This document shows positions 55,243-61,731 of a DNA stretch of 64,000 nt, piece by piece. How positions within the stretch are numbered: the stretch's first letter is position 1; every line of letters begins with the position of its first letter. The DNA lies in IMG/VR virus record IMGVR_UViG_3300021197_000841, positions 1 to 64,000 of that record; one strand, given 5' to 3'. Under the pieces are notes generated by a model, which saw nothing but the letters and a program-made list of their open reading frames with translations, searched no databases and had not been told where the DNA came from. A program made the translations under genes and the position numbers. Origin of the DNA: a virus.

Positions 55243-56256
55243 ATGACAGATAACTTATTCAAAAAAGCCGCAGTCTTTACAGACATACATTACGGCCTAA
55301 AACAAAATAGTCATCAGCATTTAAAAGACTGTAATAATTTTGTTGACTGGTTTATTGCCGAAGCAAAACTAAGAGAAGCAGAAACATGTTTCTTCTTAGG
55401 CGACTGGCATCATCACAGAGCAAGTATTAATATTGCTACAATGAATGCTAGTTTGAGAGATCTTAAAAAACTAAATGACGCATTTGAAAAAATATATTTC
55501 ATAACCGGCAACCATGATTTATATTACAGAGATAAACGCGAACTTAACAGTATAGAATTTGCTCGTGACTTACCTAACTTTATTATGGTAGATGAGATAT
55601 TTGAAGAAAAAGGTGTATCTATAATACCATGGTTAGTTGGAACAGAACATAAAAAAGTTGCTAAGATCGATTGTAAATATATGTTTGGCCATTTTGAACT
55701 GCCGTTCTTTAAAATGAATGCAATGGTAGAAATGCCAGACCATGGTGGTATTACAGCAAGTATGCTTGACAAACCAGAATATGTTTTTACAGGACATTTT
55801 CATAAACGTCAATACAACCATAACATACATTACATAGGCAATGCGTTTCCGCATAATTACGCAGACGCACAGGATAACGATAGAGGATACATGTTCCTAG
55901 AGTGGGACAAAGAACCGCAATTTGTTAATTGGCCTGACTGCCCTAAGTATGTTACATGCGGTCTAGTAGAACTTATCGATGATCCTGCTAAATTTTTAGG
56001 CGCAACAACGTATGCTAGAATCAAATTAGATGTAGACATCAGTTATGAGGAAGCATCTTTTATTAAAGAAAACTTTATGGACAAATACAAGTGTAGAGAA
56101 ATACAACTTGTACCAGTCAAGGAAGTTGAGGAAGAATACGAAGCAGGCGAAATACATTTCGAAAGTGTCGAACAAATTGTTATCAGTCAATTACAAACGA
56201 TTGAAAGTAGTACCGTAGACACTGATAAACTTATTAACATTTACCAGAACTTATAA
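55243..56256 (+). CDS. gp47: Recombination endonuclease, Mre11/SbcD-like
   Basis: TDIHYG, LGDW, GNHD, GHFE and GHFH metallophosphoesterase motifs. Confidence 0.95.
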   Translation: MTDNLFKKAAVFTDIHYGLKQNSHQHLKDCNNFVDWFIAEAKLREAETCFFLGDWHHHRASINIATMNASLRDLKKLNDAFEKIYFITGNHDLYYRDKRELNSIEFARDLPNFIMVDEIFEEKGVSIIPWLVGTEHKKVAKIDCKYMFGHFELPFFKMNAMVEMPDHGGITASMLDKPEYVFTGHFHKRQYNHNIHYIGNAFPHNYADAQDNDRGYMFLEWDKEPQFVNWPDCPKYVTCGLVELIDDPAKFLGATTYARIKLDVDISYEEASFIKENFMDKYKCREIQLVPVKEVEEEYEAGEIHFESVEQIVISQLQTIESSTVDTDKLINIYQNL

Positions 56257-56257
56257 T

Positions 56258-58030
56258 ATGCTAAACATAAAAAACATCAGTGTGAAGAATTTCATGAGCG
56301 TTGGTAATAACGTTCAAGGTGTTAGATTCGACGACAAACACTTAACACTTGTATTAGGAAACAACCTAGACCTAGGTGGTGACGGTAGCAGAAATGGTAC
56401 AGGCAAGACTACTATTATTAACGCTCTAAGTTATGCGTTATACGGCGAAGCACTAACCAACATTAGACGTGATAATTTAATTAACAAAACAAACGGCAAG
56501 GGCATGATTGTTTCTTGCGACTTTGAACTTAACGGTATAGAGTATCGCATAGAAAGGGGAAGACGTCCTAATGTGTTACGTTTATTTGTTAATGGTACAG
56601 AACAAGAAGATCAAGAACAGCAAGGCGATAGCAGAGAAACACAAAAACAAATAGAAAAAATTATCGGCTTTAGTCATCAAATGTTTAAGCACATTGTTGC
56701 TCTAAATACTTACACAGAACCTTTCCTTGGTATGAAGAATAACGACCAACGAGATATGATAGAACAGTTGTTAGGTATTCAAGAACTTTCGCAAAAAGCA
56801 GAAATTCTAAAAGACAGAATGAAGGACACTAGAGATAATATTAAAGAAGAAGAATTCCGTATTAGTGCTATGAAAGATAGCAATGAGCGTATGGACAAAA
56901 ATATCAAAGAACTAGAAAGTCGTAGCAATGCCTGGGAACGAAACAAGTCTGTTAAACTAAACGAAATGGCTGATGCGTTAGAGCAACTAAAAGAAATTGA
57001 TATTGATCGCGAGGTTGAAAAACATAATACATTAGTTGTTATTAAAGATCACGAAGCAAACTTAAATATATTATCAAACAATTTAACAAACACCCTTAAC
57101 TCTTTTAAAAGAAGTAAAACTAAACTAAGCGAACTAGAGGCTAATTTAGTTAAAGCAAAGGAAGGCGTGTGCCCCACATGTGAACAAGGTACAGCACATT
57201 TAGACACACATGAAGCATACACAAAAGATTTAGAAACCAAGATAGCAGAAGAAAAAGAATACTTCACAGGTTTAACTATTAAAGAAGAAGATTTAAAAGA
57301 TGGCATAGAAACACTAGGACCTGTTGAAGAAAGACCCAGTACGTTTTATAAAACATTAGAAGAAGCACTTACACATCGTAATAATGTTGATAATTTAATA
57401 GACAGCATTAGCACAAAGCACACTGAAGAAAATCCATACATAGAACAAATAGAATCTATGAAACAAAGTGGTATACAAGAAATCAGTTGGGACACAATCA
57501 ACGAACTCACAGCACTAAAAGATCATCAAGAATTTTTATATAAACTACTAACAAGCAAAGACAGTTTTATCAGAAGACGTATTATTGATCAAAACATTGC
57601 TTACTTGAATCACAGATTAGCACACTACTTAGATGCTATTGGCTTACCGCATGACGTTAAATTTAACAGCGACCTAAGTACAGAGATTACAGAATACGGC
57701 AGAGATTTAGACTTCGATAATCTAAGCAGGGGCGAACGTAACAGACTTATACTGAGTTTGAGTTGGGCATTTAGAGATATATTCGAAAGTCTTAATCACC
57801 CAATGAACTTCCTGTGTATCGACGAACTTATTGACAGTGGCTTAGATGCTACAGGTGTCGAGAATGCGTTAGGTATACTTAAGAAAATGAGTAGAGAGCA
57901 GAACAAAAACATTATGCTTATATCACACAGAGAAGAACTAAGTGGCAGAGTTAATGATGTATTGTATGTGATCAAGGAAGGAGGCTTCACTAGTTACAAC
58001 ACGGACACAGAATATGTAGGCGATAAGTGA
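56258..58030 (+). CDS. gp46: Recombination ATPase, Rad50/SbcC-like
   Basis: Walker A NGTGKT, zinc hook CPTC in a coiled coil, signature LSRGE, Walker B LCIDE, ISH. Confidence 0.95.
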   Translation: MLNIKNISVKNFMSVGNNVQGVRFDDKHLTLVLGNNLDLGGDGSRNGTGKTTIINALSYALYGEALTNIRRDNLINKTNGKGMIVSCDFELNGIEYRIERGRRPNVLRLFVNGTEQEDQEQQGDSRETQKQIEKIIGFSHQMFKHIVALNTYTEPFLGMKNNDQRDMIEQLLGIQELSQKAEILKDRMKDTRDNIKEEEFRISAMKDSNERMDKNIKELESRSNAWERNKSVKLNEMADALEQLKEIDIDREVEKHNTLVVIKDHEANLNILSNNLTNTLNSFKRSKTKLSELEANLVKAKEGVCPTCEQGTAHLDTHEAYTKDLETKIAEEKEYFTGLTIKEEDLKDGIETLGPVEERPSTFYKTLEEALTHRNNVDNLIDSISTKHTEENPYIEQIESMKQSGIQEISWDTINELTALKDHQEFLYKLLTSKDSFIRRRIIDQNIAYLNHRLAHYLDAIGLPHDVKFNSDLSTEITEYGRDLDFDNLSRGERNRLILSLSWAFRDIFESLNHPMNFLCIDELIDSGLDATGVENALGILKKMSREQNKNIMLISHREELSGRVNDVLYVIKEGGFTSYNTDTEYVGDK

Positions 58031-58677
58031 GCGGTTGGGAAGGCGATAACACACAACGGCTTATAGAACTTGTAGGCGGTGATGTTCACGAAGACTTCCA
58101 GGCATTAAAGCAACGGTCTATAGATGCTCACAATCTTAGATTTGCAGACTACATAAACACCAGTGATATAGTTCTAGACTTTGGCAGTGGATTAGGCTTT
58201 GGTGCCAACGCATTTGCTGACACCGTATCGCAATACATTTGTGCCGATGTATCTAGATCTATGCTGATGTCCGCACACCAAAATATATCACACCATAGCA
58301 ATATCGAACTTAAACTTATATCACGCAATAATTTGTCTGCTTTAAAAGATTATAAATTTACAAAAATAATTTCACATGCTGTTTTTGTGCACTTAGAAAT
58401 ACCTGAAATAATTTACTATCTAAAACAATTTAAAAACATACTAGCAGACAATGGGGAAGTATTATTTACATACAAAAACTTAGACTTATTAAATGTAAAC
58501 GATCACTTGCTTACAGAACACACAGAAAGACTTATGCGTAATAGAGAATTTCAAACTCGCAGTATAAGTTATGTAAGTCCTACCGTTATTAAGAATGTCG
58601 CAGAGCAATTAGATTATAAGTATATAGAAGTCGAATGCGATGAGTTTGATCGTACAGCGAGATTAATTAATGAGTAA
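58027..58677 (+). CDS. Class I SAM-dependent methyltransferase
   Basis: VLDFGSGLG, ADVSRSML, HAVFVHL; no DNA-MTase catalytic motif (DPPY/NPPY/PC) seen. Confidence 0.8.
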   Translation: MSGWEGDNTQRLIELVGGDVHEDFQALKQRSIDAHNLRFADYINTSDIVLDFGSGLGFGANAFADTVSQYICADVSRSMLMSAHQNISHHSNIELKLISRNNLSALKDYKFTKIISHAVFVHLEIPEIIYYLKQFKNILADNGEVLFTYKNLDLLNVNDHLLTEHTERLMRNREFQTRSISYVSPTVIKNVAEQLDYKYIEVECDEFDRTARLINE

Positions 58678-59095
58678 ATGGTTACACAATGGTAAAGCAA
58701 TAGAATCGCTACCGGAAGATTGCGAAGCATTTGTATATCTTATTACTAATAACACAAATGACAAAAAGTATGTTGGCAAGAAACTAGCAAAGTTTAAAAC
58801 AACCAAACCCCCACTGAAAGGCAAAAAGAACAAACGTAGAGGCACCAAGGAATCAGATTGGCAAACTTACTGGGGCAGTTCAGACAATTTAAAAGAAGAC
58901 GTTTTAGCACTTGGAGAAGATAAATTTACCAGAGAAATTTTATACTTTTGTCCTAGCAGAGGCGTCGCTAGTTACCTAGAGGCTAGAGAACAGTTCGAAA
59001 GAAGAGTACTACTCTCAGATGACTACTACAATGGAATTATCAACGTTCGAGTTGGTGGTTCAAAAATCTTACGTGAAGGTCTCAAAGACCGATAA
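58670..59095 (+). CDS. Stand-alone GIY-YIG (Seg-like) nuclease domain protein
   Basis: AFVYLITN...KKYVGKK, SDWQTYWGS, FTREIL, LEAREQ, YYN. Confidence 0.75.
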   Translation: MSKWLHNGKAIESLPEDCEAFVYLITNNTNDKKYVGKKLAKFKTTKPPLKGKKNKRRGTKESDWQTYWGSSDNLKEDVLALGEDKFTREILYFCPSRGVASYLEAREQFERRVLLSDDYYNGIINVRVGGSKILREGLKDR

Positions 59096-59130
59096 CTAAT
59101 TGCTGAAGAACACAAAAAAACACGGCAAAT

Positions 59131-59600
59131 TCAGACACCAAGTCTAACTCACATTACGGCACACACATAGGACTATACACCCGCCCCAACAGAGGCATTG
59201 AATATCTGGCTCCTCGACAATCCGGCAATGGAAACACCCGGTGCGAGATTATTGGAGATGTATAGCGGCAAAGATACAAACACACGACAAACAGTATTAG
59301 AAGAATGTAGGCACTGAGAAAAAGCAACCTACAAGTTTGTATAACAGAACTCTACAATGTTATACAGACTTCCGTGAGATTCGAGACGGTAGTGTATGGG
59401 GAGAGAAGGCTCACCGCTTCCTAATAGCACCCGAGTTAGAGATGGTAATGGTTCACTTGATGACCCCTTTCATTGTTCTCCTTGCTTAAGGAGAATTATG
59501 GCTCAAGTTACTTGATAACTTTAATCTTAAAAACATTGCAAACAAAAACGATATGAACGAAGTGAATGAAGTTTGTAGTTGGCAAAGACACGAAGTGTCT
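59131..59600 (+). ncRNA. Candidate large structured non-coding RNA (or structured ssDNA/origin element)
   Basis: ~530-nt gap in a gene-dense genome with nested long-range helices (59137-50/59433-46, 59168-72/59419-23, 59173-83/59387-99) and local hairpins (59306-33, 59333-71, 59476-95, 59586-600); G-U pairs and a GAAA loop favour the + strand. Confidence 0.6.
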
Positions 59601-59615
59601 AATAAAGTAAACACA

Positions 59616-59621
59616 TAAATA
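59616..59621 (+). promoter_or_regulatory. Putative late promoter, leaderless
   Basis: CATAAATA-TTAAT-ATG (ATG at 59627). Confidence 0.6.
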
Positions 59622-59626
59622 TTAAT

Positions 59627-60535
59627 ATGATACCAGTACAAGATAATTGGATGCACATAAAAAGTGAATTTATAGATAGTTGTGAGTCTGATATCAACAA
59701 CATACAAAAATTCAAACAACTGGGTTTATTCAAAATGTTATTGCCTACTTCAATGGGTGGTATAGATGGTCACTTACAAGACTTACTGGAATGTCAACTA
59801 CAGTTGAGTCAGCATTGTGTAGACACAGCAAACAAGTATATACGTTGTGCGAGTGCTCCGTATTTGATAAAACAGTTCGGAGAGGAAGTATTCCAAGAAG
59901 TATACGGGCAGGATAACGATGCGTTGGTATTGTTGTACCCCGGAGATCTAGAAACTGCTAGAACTATGACAGTAGAGTCTATATACGATTGGATTATAGT
60001 ACAACATGATGCGGATTACTGTTTGCTTAATGTGGCGGATAGAAATTTTGGGCCGGAGCGGTATGTACTAAGCCTCGACACAATGTACAACAACACACAG
60101 ATACTATCTTGGTTTCAACTGTATAATAGAGTGCTTACAGCAAGTGCTATTGGTAGCCTGGAACATGTATGCCGCATACTGATGAACACCGCTTACAACG
60201 ACTTATACGCAGTCTTAGGCATGGTTTTAAGTGAGGCCGATGAAATGAAACTGGTGTTACACAGGAATATAAACCACGCATTGCTACACATACAGGATGG
60301 TGAACAAATACCTTTATATGATCGTACCAAATACAAGGTACAGAGCACACATTCATATATAAAAGCAGTAAAATACCTGAAAAAAGTCGTTAATTTAACC
60401 GATAACAAAGAGGTTAGGAGTATATATGCTCAGGTTAACTCAATGGATTTAGAGCATTTAAATAACGTTAAACAGGATTATAAGGGGTATATTATGTATC
60501 TTAACAGCAATATACTTGTCGATACATACTTGTAA
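59627..60535 (+). CDS. Divergent acyl-CoA dehydrogenase / flavin monooxygenase-fold protein
   Basis: GLFKMLLPTSMGG N-terminal motif, DWIIV, helical C-terminal ASAIG...; shortened middle domain. Confidence 0.5.
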   Translation: MIPVQDNWMHIKSEFIDSCESDINNIQKFKQLGLFKMLLPTSMGGIDGHLQDLLECQLQLSQHCVDTANKYIRCASAPYLIKQFGEEVFQEVYGQDNDALVLLYPGDLETARTMTVESIYDWIIVQHDADYCLLNVADRNFGPERYVLSLDTMYNNTQILSWFQLYNRVLTASAIGSLEHVCRILMNTAYNDLYAVLGMVLSEADEMKLVLHRNINHALLHIQDGEQIPLYDRTKYKVQSTHSYIKAVKYLKKVVNLTDNKEVRSIYAQVNSMDLEHLNNVKQDYKGYIMYLNSNILVDTYL

Positions 60536-60787
60536 TTACATTTGTTCTTGTTTCATTTGATTTTTACCGCCCGGATTCTTTGCCGCTACATACTCTTCAA
60601 ATGTTTCTATTAGTAATAATCTATCTTCGGAATCGATGCCCCAAGCATCTTCCATTCGTACGGAGCCTTCGCTGAAAATAACTAATTCGAACACATTCTT
60701 TGTGATCGCTTTAGATTGCTCTTTTAAGGCTCCTAGGTAGTTCCTGATATCTTCAGGCTCTGCTCTATCTAGGAAGTTAAGAAAAAA
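60536..60787 (-). CDS. -1 frame extension of the gp26-like gene (83 codons, no start of its own), absent from the ORF track
   Basis: Open frame FFLNFLDRAEPEDIRNYL...EDAWGIDSEDRLLLIETFEE...QEQM* begins at slippery T TTT TTC; in-frame TGA six codons upstream. Confidence 0.75.
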   Translation of the reverse strand, partial: FFLNFLDRAEPEDIRNYLGALKEQSKAITKNVFELVIFSEGSVRMEDAWGIDSEDRLLLIETFEEYVAAKNPGGKNQMKQEQM

Positions 60788-61620
60788 GTTACTGGGTCGA
60801 AGTCAATTGGTACTTCGTATTCTGCGTTGCACTCGGCACATGCTGTTTTGTGTACTTTATTAATACCACCATTATTAATACTGCTAACAGCATTATCAAT
60901 TTCTTTGCCTAATGTTGATTCAATGTTGTCTACAAAGTCGACAATCTCTTCGTATTCATCAACTACCACATCACTATCTGGTATTTTAATATATCTAATA
61001 CTGTTTACAAGTACACCGTAATTAAATTGTGCTAATTTTTCAAAAGCAATACCAATATCAGCAATTCTTTCGTCTTCGCTTTCAAAATCCTCATTGCTTA
61101 TTTTAGCCAATTTATTTGCTTGTTCCAGCATTGCTTTGGCAGTTTTAATACTATACAAATAATTTGCTGGACGTATTCCAATTTCCAAACCATTTGATAA
61201 TGTAAATTCGCTTAATGATTTAATTTCTTCAAAGTCTTGTACAGCAAGACCAAGATCCATATCAAATGAATTTTCATGCCCACATTCTGGACAATCACGA
61301 TCTACTGTTAATGTGCGATCTTTTTCAGAAGCGGCTCTTACTGCTACTAAAATTAACTCCATATCCGGCGCAATAATTTCCGCAGGTTTTTTAATAGTTG
61401 GTACACAACTTTCGATGACTTTGAGAACAGCATCACCATTAAGTAATGCGTCAGGGTTTCTGACGATAAGTTCGTCTTTTGGTGTCATTGCTAATACAGG
61501 TAATTCGCCGCTTTCCGGCCAATCAATAACGTCATCGTCATAAAATTTACCGCCCGACGGCAACTGTATGTATAACTTAGGGGACCTATAAAAGTCTTTA
61601 AGTGCTTGTTTGTTTGTCAT
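60769..61620 (-). CDS. Baseplate hub / tail assembly chaperone (T4 gp26-like)
   Basis: YIQLPSGG..Y, MTPKDEL, PDALLNG, CPECG and CAEC zinc pairs, C-terminal DFDPVTFF. Confidence 0.75.
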   Translation of the reverse strand: MTNKQALKDFYRSPKLYIQLPSGGKFYDDDVIDWPESGELPVLAMTPKDELIVRNPDALLNGDAVLKVIESCVPTIKKPAEIIAPDMELILVAVRAASEKDRTLTVDRDCPECGHENSFDMDLGLAVQDFEEIKSLSEFTLSNGLEIGIRPANYLYSIKTAKAMLEQANKLAKISNEDFESEDERIADIGIAFEKLAQFNYGVLVNSIRYIKIPDSDVVVDEYEEIVDFVDNIESTLGKEIDNAVSSINNGGINKVHKTACAECNAEYEVPIDFDPVTFFLTS

Positions 61621-61650
61621 TTTAACTCCATTATAGCATATTTTAATTTT

Positions 61651-61702
61651 ATCGATAAATACTACTGTGTCGATAAATGCTCTTGTAAGACTATTTATCG
61701 AT
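61651..61702. promoter_or_regulatory. Face-to-face pair of late promoters forming an 11-bp inverted repeat
   Basis: ATCGATAAATA (61651-61661, +) and TATTTATCGAT (61692-61702, -). Confidence 0.65.
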
Positions 61703-61731
61703 CATAAAGCACATACTTAATAGGAAAGTGA

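Noticed and set aside
59096-59615. tmRNA, RNase P RNA, tRNA, group I/II intron or CRISPR interpretation of the structured gap
   Set aside because: No tRNA-like ends or T-loop/CCA, no GAGGAAAGUCC-type P4 motif, flanking genes appear intact rather than interrupted, and no repeat-spacer periodicity; judged by eye only
59486-59719. 77-aa minus-strand ORF over the non-coding region
   Set aside because: Overlaps the + gene antisense, has no RBS, and the composition is not protein-like
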